Part shown: one piece after another, positions 48,974 to 58,603 of the stretch | How positions within the stretch are numbered: the stretch's first letter is position 1 | How the letters are laid out: each line of letters begins with the position of its first letter | From: Patescibacteria group bacterium | GTDB taxonomy: Bacteria > Patescibacteriota > WWE3 > UBA101185 > UBA10185 | Reading direction: 5' to 3' | NCBI GenBank assembly: GCA_026004595.1 | Contig: BPJL01000001.1 | Location: 90,486-154,485 of the forward strand | DNA length: 64,000 bases | Program-made: the position numbers and the translations under genes | The notes under the pieces: generated by a model | Told to the model about the DNA's origin: nothing | Databases searched by the model: none | The model's input: the letters and a program-made list of their open reading frames with translations, nothing else

Positions 48974-50044
48974 ATGACTGAGCCACCTGATCCTGAAAAA
49001 TTTCATGTTTTAACTCCGGCCGCGAAAAAACGTTTGATTTTCGCCGGTTTATTTTTTGTCTTGATAGTTTTGCCTTTTCTTTTGAGGTCATATTATCGTG
49101 TAGCCATTAACAGGCCGTCTCAATCCGGTAAAGAAGTTAACATTGAAATAAAGCGCGGTTCAAGTGTGGCGGATATTGCAAAGCAGCTGCAGGCGGCAGG
49201 GGCGATTAACTCTGATTTTTTGTTTAATATTTATGTTTATACGGGAAAGCTGGGGAGCAAAATCCAAGCCGGAACTTATACCCTTCCTGCGGGTTCTAAT
49301 TTAAAACAGGTTGTAGAAATAATTCAGTATGGTACCAACGATGTAAAAATGACTTTCATTGAGGGTTGGCGTGTTGAGGAATATGCGCGATATGCCACTT
49401 CTCGACTCAACAATGTGGATTTTCGTGACTTTATTGAGCTGGCGAAAGAAAGAGAGGGATATTTGTTTCCCGATACTTATTTTGTTAACAAGGATATTCA
49501 GGAAGAGGAGCTTGTGGAAATTCTATCTGACAATTTTGCGGCAAAAACACAGGATCTTCTTACTGAAATTAATTTGCAAAAAGCGGGGCTTACAAAAGAT
49601 CAGGCGATAATATTTGCGTCAATGGTTGAGAGAGAAATTCACACCGAAGAGGATAGACCGATCGTGGCTGGGATACTTCTTAAGAGATGGAGGCAAGGCA
49701 TGAAGCTCGATGTAGATGCAACTACTCAATATGTGGCATCTCTTGTGGATGTTTGCCGGAAGCCTGATCATTGCCTTCCAAACTATGATGAAACAAAAGA
49801 TTTTGACTGGTGGCCTAAAATTCTTTCGCAGGACGATCTTGAGCTGGACAGTCCCTACAATACAAGAAAAAATCCGGGGCTTCCTCCCGCTCCGATTTCA
49901 AACCCCGGCCTAAGTGCAATAAAAGCTGTGCTTTTTGCCCAGGAAAGCCCGTATTATTTTTATCTGACAGATAAAGAAGGTATAACTCACTATGCTTCGA
50001 CATTGGAACAGCATAACGCTAACGTGAGCAGGTATCTTCAATAA
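48974..50044 (+). CDS. mltG: Endolytic murein transglycosylase MltG (YceG family)
   Basis: N-terminal TM anchor and YceG-like domain (GSSVADIAKQLQAAGAINS...GTYTLPAGSNLKQVVEII). Confidence 0.8.
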   Translation: MTEPPDPEKFHVLTPAAKKRLIFAGLFFVLIVLPFLLRSYYRVAINRPSQSGKEVNIEIKRGSSVADIAKQLQAAGAINSDFLFNIYVYTGKLGSKIQAGTYTLPAGSNLKQVVEIIQYGTNDVKMTFIEGWRVEEYARYATSRLNNVDFRDFIELAKEREGYLFPDTYFVNKDIQEEELVEILSDNFAAKTQDLLTEINLQKAGLTKDQAIIFASMVEREIHTEEDRPIVAGILLKRWRQGMKLDVDATTQYVASLVDVCRKPDHCLPNYDETKDFDWWPKILSQDDLELDSPYNTRKNPGLPPAPISNPGLSAIKAVLFAQESPYYFYLTDKEGITHYASTLEQHNANVSRYLQ

Positions 50045-50457
50045 GATGCGGGGTGTGCGCTCTCGTTTTCAAGAGCTCTCTGTACCATTTGTCTTGTAAT
50101 TTTTAAGCCCAAAATCTTAACTATTTGTTCGTTAATAAGAACAGGCGCTCCAAAAATTTTGCACATTTTCAGTGCTACTACAGGGTGTGCGTTTACATCA
50201 ACGCATATTCCGTTTCGTTTGAAAGTGATGTACGAATAAAATACATCGTCTTGGTATCGGTATATCTTGGCGCAAACGACTCTGGTTTTTAATGCATTGA
50301 GAATATGGTTGCACAAAGTTTTGAAATCGGGGTAAGCAAAGTTTGATTCATCTTTTAGTTCGAGCGGAACTAGAGTTTGGGGATTTTTGCAAAGTAGGTA
50401 GGTGATTTTCTTATCTTTTTCGGATATTGTTGTGATATATTTGGCTTTCTTGTACAT
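50038..50457 (-). CDS. Bifunctional nuclease (BFN/DUF151) domain protein
   Basis: GICVDVNAHPVVALKMCKIFGAPVLINEQIVKILGLKI matches the DUF151 DNase/RNase core. Confidence 0.45.
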   Translation of the reverse strand: MYKKAKYITTISEKDKKITYLLCKNPQTLVPLELKDESNFAYPDFKTLCNHILNALKTRVVCAKIYRYQDDVFYSYITFKRNGICVDVNAHPVVALKMCKIFGAPVLINEQIVKILGLKITRQMVQRALENESAHPASY

Positions 50458-50498
50458 TTCCTTGATGATAGAATATAGCTGTATAATTTACCTACCCT

Positions 50499-50924
50499 AT
50501 GCAACTGCTCAAAGACATATACAATAGCGCCGAAGATCTTAGAGGGCGAAAACTCCTAACAATCACAGCAGTACTAACCCTTATCTTTTTCGGCATAGGA
50601 ATTTTCATCGGGTATCTTAACAACAGATTGTTAAACCAAAATGAAAATAATCCCGCCGTCACGCTCCCGCCGCCGGTTGTGGATACTTCAACCACCTTCT
50701 TCGGGAAGATCTCCTATGTAAATCCTGATTACTACCCCGGCGAAGAGATATCTTACGTTCTAACGGATGCGTCGGGAAAAGACATAGTTCTTCTGAAGGC
50801 TGATGACGACAAGCTTTCTCTTGCTGAGGGGCTGACTGCAAAAGTTAAGGGCAAGGAAATGGTTTCTAAAGCGGGAACCAAGTATCTTATGGTTAAGGAG
50901 GTCATAATAAATGCCTCAAATTGA
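50499..50924 (+). CDS. Hypothetical membrane-anchored protein upstream of ftsE
   Basis: 141 aa. One TM helix then a Pro-rich linker and a soluble domain. Ends 14 nt into ftsE. Confidence 0.3.
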   Translation: MQLLKDIYNSAEDLRGRKLLTITAVLTLIFFGIGIFIGYLNNRLLNQNENNPAVTLPPPVVDTSTTFFGKISYVNPDYYPGEEISYVLTDASGKDIVLLKADDDKLSLAEGLTAKVKGKEMVSKAGTKYLMVKEVIINASN

Positions 50925-51597
50925 GTTTATAAACGTTTCTAAAGAGTTCGAGCCAGGCAAAAAAGTGTTAGATGATGTTATATTCAGGGTTGAACCGGGA
51001 GAGTTCGTTTTTTTGGTAGGTCCTTCGGGGGCCGGGAAAACGACGATAATAAAGCTTCTTACAAAGGAAGAAACTCCCGATACCGGAGATATTTTGTTTA
51101 ATGACGAGAGTATATTAAGCATTCCGAAAGAAGCCATTCCTAATTTGAGAAGGAAGATAGGTGTAGTTTTTCAGGATTTCAGATTGTTGGAGTCTAGAAA
51201 TGTTTTTGATAATGTAGCTGTGGCCTTGGAAGTTGTAGATTCAAGCTCGGAAGAAATAAAAAGCATAGTGCCCAATGTGTTGAACCTTGTTGGTTTAAGT
51301 GACAAAATGTTCAAGTATCCAAAACAGTTATCAGGCGGAGAAAAACAGAAAGTAGCAATTGCCCGTGCTTTAGCTCATGAGCCCGATGTTATTCTTGCCG
51401 ACGAGCCTACGGGAATGATTGACCCCGATTCAATTGAAGAGGTGCTTGAGATTTTGGAAAAAATAAACTCATTAGGTACCACCATAATTATGGCTACACA
51501 CGACCAAGAAATAGTAAATACTATGAAAAAAAGAGTTATACGCATCGAAAAAGGGAAAGTAGTTTCAGACAAGAAGGGAGGAAAATATCGTGCCTAA
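50911..51597 (+). CDS. ftsE: Cell division ATP-binding protein FtsE
   Basis: ABC ATPase with Walker A GPSGAGKTT, signature LSGGEKQKVAIARAL and Walker B ILADEPTG. Followed by ftsX. Confidence 0.9.
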   Translation: MPQIEFINVSKEFEPGKKVLDDVIFRVEPGEFVFLVGPSGAGKTTIIKLLTKEETPDTGDILFNDESILSIPKEAIPNLRRKIGVVFQDFRLLESRNVFDNVAVALEVVDSSSEEIKSIVPNVLNLVGLSDKMFKYPKQLSGGEKQKVAIARALAHEPDVILADEPTGMIDPDSIEEVLEILEKINSLGTTIIMATHDQEIVNTMKKRVIRIEKGKVVSDKKGGKYRA

Positions 51598-52477
51598 AAG
51601 TTGGTCGGCCTTTATGGCCAATGTGAAAAAAGAAAAATTGCTTAGCGCCTCGAATATAATGATTATGACCGTGACCTTTGTTCTTCTTGGTCTTCTAATT
51701 TATATTGTTGTTTTGTCCCAAACGTCATTGAGATATTTGGAAGACCAGGCTCAAGTTACCATATTCTTCAAAGACGATTTTACGGAAGATAAGATACTTG
51801 AGTTTAAAGATAATTTATCTAGGGACAAGAGGGTATCCGATCTTGTTTATGTTTCAAAGGAAGAGGCTCTGCGAATATTCAGGGAAATTAATAAGGATGA
51901 GCCGGTTCTTCTGGAGTCAGTATCGGCCAACATACTACCCGCTAGTTTGGAGATTCGTTCAAGAAATATTTCGGATTTGAAGCCTTTGGCTGACGAGCTG
52001 AAAATAATGGACGGGGTTGAGGAGGTCAGGTATTTTGAAGATGTGGTCTCAAGATTTAAGTTGTGGAGCACTGTTGTGTATGTAGTTGGATCTTTGTTGG
52101 TTCTAATGTTTTTGATGATTTCTTATTCTGTAGTTATAGCCGCGTTGAGAACTACTATAAATTCAAAAGGCGAGGAATTTGAAATTATGAAGATTGTTGG
52201 AGCTTCGGACGAATATGTCAAGACCCCGTTAATACATCAAGGTGTGTACTACGGTTTATTTTCGTCTCTCATAGCTTCAGTGGTAATGATTTTACTTGGG
52301 GTTGCTATCACACTGCTGCGCATATTCCCGAAAGGTTTGGGGCTGGGATTTTTGCCGGGTGTTTTTATAACACCTTGGGTTTTTTCAATCATCCTGGCAA
52401 TAATCCTTTTAGTCTCTGGTTACTTGCTAGGTTATCTGGGGAGCTCCGCTGCCATCAAAAAGTATTTGAATTATTAA
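51590..52477 (+). CDS. ftsX: Cell division permease FtsX
   Basis: N-terminal TM, periplasmic domain and three C-terminal TMs. Confidence 0.8.
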   Translation: MPKSWSAFMANVKKEKLLSASNIMIMTVTFVLLGLLIYIVVLSQTSLRYLEDQAQVTIFFKDDFTEDKILEFKDNLSRDKRVSDLVYVSKEEALRIFREINKDEPVLLESVSANILPASLEIRSRNISDLKPLADELKIMDGVEEVRYFEDVVSRFKLWSTVVYVVGSLLVLMFLMISYSVVIAALRTTINSKGEEFEIMKIVGASDEYVKTPLIHQGVYYGLFSSLIASVVMILLGVAITLLRIFPKGLGLGFLPGVFITPWVFSIILAIILLVSGYLLGYLGSSAAIKKYLNY

Positions 52478-52480
52478 CTT

Positions 52481-53719
52481 ATGTTTGGCAAGAAAATTCT
52501 TTTTTGGGCTCTGCCTGTAATACTTATTCTCATACCCTTGGTAATTACACTGGGGCAGGATCCTATTGTTAAAGAGGATGTTGATGAGCTTGAGGAGAAA
52601 ATAGAAAAGTACGAGAAGAAAATAAGCGAGCTTCAGGGACGCGCAAAGACATTGGCCAACGAGATTGAATACATAGACAACCAGATAAGCCTTACCGAGC
52701 TAAGAATTCAAAACTCCATTGCCAAAATCAATAAGACCGAGGAAGCGATAAGAAAATTGGCCGGAGACATTGAGGATCTGAAAGAAAGGATCGCCAAACT
52801 TGAAAAGTCAATAGATCATCAGGAAGATGTGCTGGCGGCTAGAATGCGTGAAAGATACAAGTCAGGAGAAGACAACCCCATTCTTGTGATTTTTGGATCC
52901 GGTTCACTTGATGCCGCGGTGCAAAAAGTTGAGTATCTTAATGCAATGGCAAGGTACGACAACAAACTTTTGGTTGAAATGAGCAATACCAAAGACAGGT
53001 ACGATATGCAGAAGAACCTTTTTGAGCAAAAGAAGGAAGAAGAAGAAAAACTTAAGATCCAGCTTCTAAACGAAAAAGCCAACCTTGATACGTATAAAGG
53101 GAACTTGGTAAGCCAAGAGGAGGAAAAAGAACGCCTTTTAGAGATCACCCAAAACGACGAGGAAAAATACCAAAAGCTTCTTGAGGAAGCGCAAAGAGAG
53201 TTATACCAAATTATTGGGGCGGCCAGCGCACTTGTAAATACCAAATCGAGGGAGGTTAAACAGGGAGAACTTATAGGAATTCAAGGCAACACAGGATACT
53301 CATTTGGCGCCCACCTTCATTTTGGTGTGTACAGATACTCCTCATTGAAAGAGATAAGTGGGTGGAATTGGTATTACTCTAACTATGTTGATCCATTAAA
53401 GATGCTGGAGAGCAAAACAGTTTATTGGAATACGGGGTGCGAATCTGCTGGAAACAAGAAAGTAGGGAAAGGAGATTGGGAATGGCCGATGTCCAATCCA
53501 ACCATTTCGCAGGGATTTGGCGTGACGTGCTGGTCGCCAATATACTACGGAGGAAAGGTACACCCCGCCATTGACATGTACGGGCCCGCAAATTCCCCGG
53601 TTTACGCGGTGGAGAGCGGGGATGCGTATTTTTGCAGAAATTGTCTAGGTGACGGCGGAAACGGAGTGTTTATATTCCACGACGACAATTACATGACTGT
53701 TTATTGGCACTTGAAGTAA
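52481..53719 (+). CDS. M23 family metallopeptidase with N-terminal coiled-coil (EnvC/PcsB-like FtsEX partner)
   Basis: Signal/TM, ~230-aa coiled coil, then LytM/M23 motifs (GIQGNTGYSFGAHLHFGVY; HPAIDM). Confidence 0.8.
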   Translation: MFGKKILFWALPVILILIPLVITLGQDPIVKEDVDELEEKIEKYEKKISELQGRAKTLANEIEYIDNQISLTELRIQNSIAKINKTEEAIRKLAGDIEDLKERIAKLEKSIDHQEDVLAARMRERYKSGEDNPILVIFGSGSLDAAVQKVEYLNAMARYDNKLLVEMSNTKDRYDMQKNLFEQKKEEEEKLKIQLLNEKANLDTYKGNLVSQEEEKERLLEITQNDEEKYQKLLEEAQRELYQIIGAASALVNTKSREVKQGELIGIQGNTGYSFGAHLHFGVYRYSSLKEISGWNWYYSNYVDPLKMLESKTVYWNTGCESAGNKKVGKGDWEWPMSNPTISQGFGVTCWSPIYYGGKVHPAIDMYGPANSPVYAVESGDAYFCRNCLGDGGNGVFIFHDDNYMTVYWHLK

Positions 53720-53777
53720 TTTCTATTCTTCATAGACACAACTTCTACCCCCAAGCTTCTTAAAAAGGCATATTTAT

Positions 53778-54350
53778 TTGATGAGGAAACATTGCATCGC
53801 AGTTTTGGTTATGCTTTTTCCGATCTTATGCAGGGCGGATGGCTATTCTGGTTATTGCGTATATCCTGGTAGTTTTGTACAGGTTGATATTTCTAAAGCT
53901 GTCAAAGTAAAAGATGGTTACACGGTAGCGGCCCGTTCTGAACATTCCATTATTGAGCTGTACAAAGGAAACAGCGCTGAAGCAGATATTTCGGACTCGG
54001 CCCCCGGCGGAAGAGTATATTTGTCTTCTCTTAAATATGTGAAGATTTTGGGTATAAGCGGCCCTTATTTAACAGTGCTTTTTGAAGTTTTTGACGAGAA
54101 AGGAAGTAAAATTGCGCAAATGGAATCGGGCAAAATTTGCAATCTTAAGTGGTTAAAAGAGAAACATGGGACACCATCTCGATATTTTCTTGAAAAAGAG
54201 AAACCGAAGGTGGATTTTGCTATATTGGATGCGCCTACAGCTTTGAGCTCAAAATTTTTTTTCTTTTGCCTCAGTTGTTTAATAGCTGGCATTTTTACGG
54301 GTTTCATTGTTTCTAAAATGATAGAATACGATGGTGAAAAAAATACTTAG
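53778..54350 (+). CDS. Hypothetical secreted protein with C-terminal TM anchor
   Basis: Signal-peptide-like N-terminus. 190 aa. C-terminal hydrophobic helix. Confidence 0.3.
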   Translation: MMRKHCIAVLVMLFPILCRADGYSGYCVYPGSFVQVDISKAVKVKDGYTVAARSEHSIIELYKGNSAEADISDSAPGGRVYLSSLKYVKILGISGPYLTVLFEVFDEKGSKIAQMESGKICNLKWLKEKHGTPSRYFLEKEKPKVDFAILDAPTALSSKFFFFCLSCLIAGIFTGFIVSKMIEYDGEKNT

Positions 54351-54705
54351 ATGGATGCCGTCAATTATTGTGATGGCGGCAATATATGCGCTTTCTTCTG
54401 TGCCCGGTCCTGAGATTGACGCGGTTGGCCTTGGGGATGAGAGGTACCACATAAACGGGCATTTTTTCCTTTTCGTCGTTTTGTGCATTTCCTATTACTA
54501 CGCTACAGGACGAATTGCGCTTTCCGTTGTCATGACGGCTATATTTGGGATCTTTGATGAAATTCACCAGACATTCACCCCGTTTAGAAGCGCCAGCTCT
54601 TTTGACATTTGGGTAGATATTTTCGGGGGGATTATAGGAGGGTTTATTTCATGGAAGTTTTGGCGTCCAATATCTCAGAAACTCAAAAACTTGCTCAAGA
54701 AATAG
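54331..54705 (+). CDS. VanZ-like family membrane protein
   Basis: Four TM helices. Motif FDEIHQTFTPFRSASSFDIWVD is typical of VanZ/RDD-like proteins. Confidence 0.5.
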   Translation: MVKKILRWMPSIIVMAAIYALSSVPGPEIDAVGLGDERYHINGHFFLFVVLCISYYYATGRIALSVVMTAIFGIFDEIHQTFTPFRSASSFDIWVDIFGGIIGGFISWKFWRPISQKLKNLLKK

Positions 54706-55101
54706 CCTCAAAGCTGAAGCCTGGGGATGTGGTAGCTTTGTACGGGGATTTGGGATCGGGAAAAACGACTTTTGTTTCTATGGCGGCGAAGGCCTTAGGT
54801 TTTTCAGCGAGAGTACAGAGCCCGACATTTGTCATTTCCAGAATTTACCAAAAACCATGATTATGATTCGGGTATAAAAAATATTCACCACATCGACCTT
54901 TATCGAGTGCAAGATAAAAAAGAAGTTGTGGATTTGGGATTGGAAGAATATTTTGCGCAAACAAATTCAATTGTGTTTATTGAATGGCCCGAAGCGGCTG
55001 AAAGTATTTTGCCCAAGAGGGTAATAAAGATATATTTTGAGATTGTGGATGAAGACACCAAGGAGGATATATGTACAAAATTTATATTGATTCCAGATTA
55101 A
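54651..55101 (+). pseudogene. tsaE: tsaE (t6A tRNA threonylcarbamoyladenosine protein TsaE/YjeE) interrupted by a 1-nt frameshift in an A5 run
   Basis: Frame 1 gives MEVLASNISETQKLAQEIASKLKPGDVVALYGDLGSGKTTFVSMAAKALGFSARVQSPTFVISRIYQKP-stop. The +1 frame continues NHDYDSGIKNIHHIDLYRVQDKKEVVDLGLEEYF...IEWPE. The junction lies in CCAAAAACC at ~54852. Confidence 0.65.
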
Positions 55102-55350
55102 GAAAAGAAACCAAAGCAGTTCTCTATAAAAAGAGATTCCTATTTTGGTTAAAAAAAGATCTTTTAGTTGTTCAGGGTGATCCTGCAGATGCGCTATCCG
55201 AAATTCTGACTAGAAATGGTTTAAAGCCGAAGGATGTTGCTTTTGTTTGAGGCTTGGCCGGGACCCGGTTCTTACACCGGATTGAAGATGGGTTTCTCGG
55301 CTGTCAACGTTTTCAGATGGGTTTTTTGGGGGAGAACTCGCCCATAAACT
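55071..55350 (+). pseudogene. tsaB: tsaB-like remnant (TsaB/YeaZ N-terminal fragment with multiple frame disruptions)
   Basis: Good SD (AAGGAGG) then MYKIYIDSRLRKETKAVLY...VVQGDPADALSE, stop. Frame shifts to ILTRNGLKPKDVAFV, stop. Shifts again to PGPGSYTGLKMGFSAVNVF (the GPGSFTGLRIG motif), then stops after ~30 aa. No full-length YeaZ fold. Confidence 0.45.
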
Positions 55351-55417
55351 GCCCCCTTCCAAAATATGGATCTGAACCAAACATCACACCGCCTAAGGCC
55401 AAAAAGGAGTATAATAG

Positions 55418-56380
55418 TTGAATATGAACATTATAGTGACAGGGGCCGCAGGCTTTATTGGTTCGCATCTTTCCGAAAGATTAAAAAGTTTAGGTCACGG
55501 TGTTATTGGTGTGGACAATTTTAATTCTTATTACACCCCAACGCTCAAAAAGTTAAATGCTGATGACTTGGAAGTTAAGGGTGTGCGTATAGAGAAAAGA
55601 GATCTTGTTTCGGATTCTATGTCTGATTTGTTAGAGGGCATTGAGGTCATTTTTCACCTTGCGGCTCAACCGGGCATCTCAGCGGTAACCCCCTTTGAGC
55701 ATTACCTAAATAATAATATAGTTGCTACCAACAATCTTTTGAAGGAAGCCAAAAAATCCAAAGTGAAAATGTTTATAAACATAGCTACTTCTTCGGTCTA
55801 TGGCGCACACGCAACAGGAAATGAAACTGCCGAAACCAAACCTACTTCTTACTACGGCGTAACAAAGTTGGCGGCCGAACAATTGGTCTTGGCGGCCAAC
55901 AGGGATGAAGGATTCCCGGCCGCTTCTGCCAGATTATTTTCAGTTTACGGTGAAAGAGAAAGGCCCGAAAAACTATACATGAAACTTATTGACTCCATTT
56001 TAAACGACAAGCCTTTTCCAATTCGCGAAGGAAGTCAGGAGCATATTAGAAGCTATACTTATGTTGGTGACATAGTAGACGGGCTTGTTTTAATCATGGA
56101 GAACTTTGACAAATGCGTTGGTGAAATATTTAATTTGGGAACTGAGCAGGCGATCACAACAGGGGAAGGTATAAGAATTGTAGAGGAGCTGATAGGCAAA
56201 AAAGCTATTTTTAATGTTCAACCCAGAAGACCTGGGGAGCAATCTGAAACCCATGCTAACATAGACAAGGCCCGCCGTATTTTGGGGTATAATCCGACTA
56301 CAGCTCCTCGCGACGGCTTGAAAAAGGAAGTGGATTGGTTCAAAGAAAAAATATGGAAAAAGATAGAACTATATCAATAG
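55418..56380 (+). CDS. NAD-dependent sugar epimerase/dehydratase (UDP-glucose 4-epimerase / UDP-glucuronate decarboxylase-like SDR)
   Basis: Rossmann VTGAAGFIGSHLSERL. Catalytic YxxxK (YGVTKLAAE). Extended SDR. Confidence 0.8.
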   Translation: MNMNIIVTGAAGFIGSHLSERLKSLGHGVIGVDNFNSYYTPTLKKLNADDLEVKGVRIEKRDLVSDSMSDLLEGIEVIFHLAAQPGISAVTPFEHYLNNNIVATNNLLKEAKKSKVKMFINIATSSVYGAHATGNETAETKPTSYYGVTKLAAEQLVLAANRDEGFPAASARLFSVYGERERPEKLYMKLIDSILNDKPFPIREGSQEHIRSYTYVGDIVDGLVLIMENFDKCVGEIFNLGTEQAITTGEGIRIVEELIGKKAIFNVQPRRPGEQSETHANIDKARRILGYNPTTAPRDGLKKEVDWFKEKIWKKIELYQ

Positions 56381-57333
56381 TAATACCCTGCTACAACGAA
56401 GAAAAAAATATAAATAAGACAATTGAGGGTTTGTTGGAATTGCAGGACAGGATCGGAGAGAAATTTGAAATAATTGCGGTCAATGATGGGAGTAAAGACG
56501 GAACGTGGGATGTTATTTGCGAATATTCTGAAAAATACCCCAATGTTATAGGTATAAACCTCATGACCAATTTCGGGCAGAGCGCTGCATATATGGCGGG
56601 TTTTGACATTTCCACCGGGGAATATATCATCACAGTTTCTGCTGATATGGAAATCCCCCTTGAGAATGTTGGGAAAGTTATTGAATATCTTGACGAGGGC
56701 TATGATTTTGTAAATACCCATCGGGTAGGGAGATGGGGGGATGAAAAGGCCGGGCGTCAGGTTAAGAGCGGGTTGGCAAACAAAATAATTGGAAAGATCT
56801 CCGGCGTTCACATGCAGGATAGAGGCTCGGGTATGAAGGGATTCAAACGAGTGCTGGTGGAGAACCTGCGTTTGTACGGAGAAATGCATCGTTTTATCCC
56901 CGACTACGTAAAAATGTACGGAGCCAAGATGATTGAGTTTGAAGTTGAGTTTAAAGACAGAGAATACGGCCAATCTTATTACAAGGGGCATAAAAGAACT
57001 GTAAAAGTTCTTTTGGATTTGGTTACGTTATTTTTCATGCTTTACTTTTCTACCAAACCTTTTAAAGCAATGCCCGGCCGCTTATTTGGATTTGCAGGTG
57101 CAATTATAGCCGGGTTGGGGGGTTTAGGCGCCTTCTATTTGTTGATTCTGAAAATAATGGGGCAGAGCATAGGGAGCAGACCTTTGCTGATTTTGTCGGT
57201 GTTGTTGATTATTGTAGGGATACAATCAATGATGACGGGAATGCTTGGGGAGTTAAATATGAGAACATATTTTGAGTCCTCTGGGAGAAAGACTTATATT
57301 GTAAGACAGATAAAAGGGAATAAGGTAGAATAA
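56353..57333 (+). CDS. GT2 polyprenyl-phosphate sugar synthase (DPM1/GtrB/ArnC-like) with two C-terminal TM helices
   Basis: GT-A motifs (SIVIPCYNEEKNI; AVNDGSKDGT; DADME) and a C-terminal TM pair. Confidence 0.75.
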   Translation: MEKDRTISIVIPCYNEEKNINKTIEGLLELQDRIGEKFEIIAVNDGSKDGTWDVICEYSEKYPNVIGINLMTNFGQSAAYMAGFDISTGEYIITVSADMEIPLENVGKVIEYLDEGYDFVNTHRVGRWGDEKAGRQVKSGLANKIIGKISGVHMQDRGSGMKGFKRVLVENLRLYGEMHRFIPDYVKMYGAKMIEFEVEFKDREYGQSYYKGHKRTVKVLLDLVTLFFMLYFSTKPFKAMPGRLFGFAGAIIAGLGGLGAFYLLILKIMGQSIGSRPLLILSVLLIIVGIQSMMTGMLGELNMRTYFESSGRKTYIVRQIKGNKVE

Positions 57334-57404
57334 CATAATTGCTTTTTCAACTGCCTTGAGATAGCATAGATGGATATCAATTTGTTTATTGTTAGGAGGT
57401 GTTT

Positions 57405-58142
57405 ATGGAAAAAACTAAAGGTTCAAACATAGTTCAGCTTATTTTGATAGCCCTGCTCGTAGGTGCAGCTTTTTACATCGGAAGTTTGTCTTCAAAAGTT
57501 GATAGATTGGAAAAAATGGGAAAGGAAGCCGCAAAGCCGACTAATGAAGTGGCCGTCGGAGCCGCCTTTGATTCTGTATCTTTAGCTTCGTCTTTGGGCA
57601 TAGATGCCAATTCATTTAAAACTTGTGTTGATAATAAAGAAACTAAAGCGCGAGTTGAGGAAGAGGAAAACTGGGGAAAGAAAGCGGGTGTTTCCGGAAC
57701 CCCGGGAATTATAATGTACGATACTAAAACCGGAAAATCCATATTTATACCAGGAGCGGTAGACTTGGAGACAATGCAGAACTTTATGGACAGTTTGATT
57801 GCTAACAAAAGCGTTAAGCTTGGTAATCAGGAGTTTAAGCCCGAGGTGATTAGTGACCTTAAATCAATGGTGGACCAGGATTATTTTAGAGGTGAAAAAA
57901 CCGCACGGGTACAGCTATTTGAGTACTCAGACTACGATTGTCCTTTTTGCAAGAGAGTCCACCCCACTCTGAAATCTCTTTTAGAGAATAATCCAGGTGA
58001 GGTTGTTTGGATTTACAGACAGTTTCCTCTGACGCAGTTACATCCTGAAGCAAGGATTAAATCTGAAGCAGCCTTGTGCGCAGGAAAGGTTGGTGGAAAC
58101 GATGCCTTTTGGGCTTATTCTGATGCGTTGCTAACGGAATAA
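57405..58142 (+). CDS. DsbA-like thioredoxin-fold disulfide oxidoreductase, membrane-anchored
   Basis: N-terminal TM. Thioredoxin fold with CPFC active site (YSDYDCPFCKRVHP). Confidence 0.7.
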   Translation: MEKTKGSNIVQLILIALLVGAAFYIGSLSSKVDRLEKMGKEAAKPTNEVAVGAAFDSVSLASSLGIDANSFKTCVDNKETKARVEEEENWGKKAGVSGTPGIIMYDTKTGKSIFIPGAVDLETMQNFMDSLIANKSVKLGNQEFKPEVISDLKSMVDQDYFRGEKTARVQLFEYSDYDCPFCKRVHPTLKSLLENNPGEVVWIYRQFPLTQLHPEARIKSEAALCAGKVGGNDAFWAYSDALLTE

Positions 58143-58147
58143 CTTGT

Positions 58148-58540
58148 TTGATTTTTGCGGGGGTGAAAGCCCCCGCTTTGTTTATTATGTCTATCAAATA
58201 TGTTAATGCGATAAAGGTTTTAGCGGTTATAGGTGTAGGGTTGGCGCTTTATCTTTATATAAATTACCTCAACCAACCGGTTACCACAATTTGCACTATC
58301 AACAGCAAAGTAAATTGCGATGCGGTTATCAGCGGAGAGGTAGCCACTACTCTAGGCGTACCGACGGCTCTTTATGGGTTGGTTGGGTATATGGTAATTT
58401 TGATAGCGGCATCTTTGAAAAAAGGAGAAGCTGATGTTTGGGACGTCTCTTTTTGGAACATTGTTTTGTTTAAGAATCACTTTCATAGAAGTTTTTTCAG
58501 CTTGGGGTTTATTGTCCGGTGTGTGCGTTGTGCCAGCTAG
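58148..58540 (+). CDS. VKOR-family (vitamin K epoxide reductase-like) DsbB analogue, apparently truncated just after its CXXC
   Basis: Loop cysteines and motif TICTINSKVNCDAVISGEVATTLGVPTALYGLVGY match VKOR. The ORF stops 3 aa after CVRC, and the usual following TM helix is missing. Confidence 0.45.
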   Translation: MIFAGVKAPALFIMSIKYVNAIKVLAVIGVGLALYLYINYLNQPVTTICTINSKVNCDAVISGEVATTLGVPTALYGLVGYMVILIAASLKKGEADVWDVSFWNIVLFKNHFHRSFFSLGFIVRCVRCAS

Positions 58541-58603
58541 ATATGGTGGCATTGTTGATACTTTCGTATCTGGTGTTGAGGCGAAAAGGGATGCCCAAGC
58601 CTG

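Noticed and set aside
48749-49091. Two small ORFs (plus and minus strand) in the GC-rich spacer
   Set aside because: They overlap RNase P RNA and have no RBS or coding features. Explained by the structured RNA.
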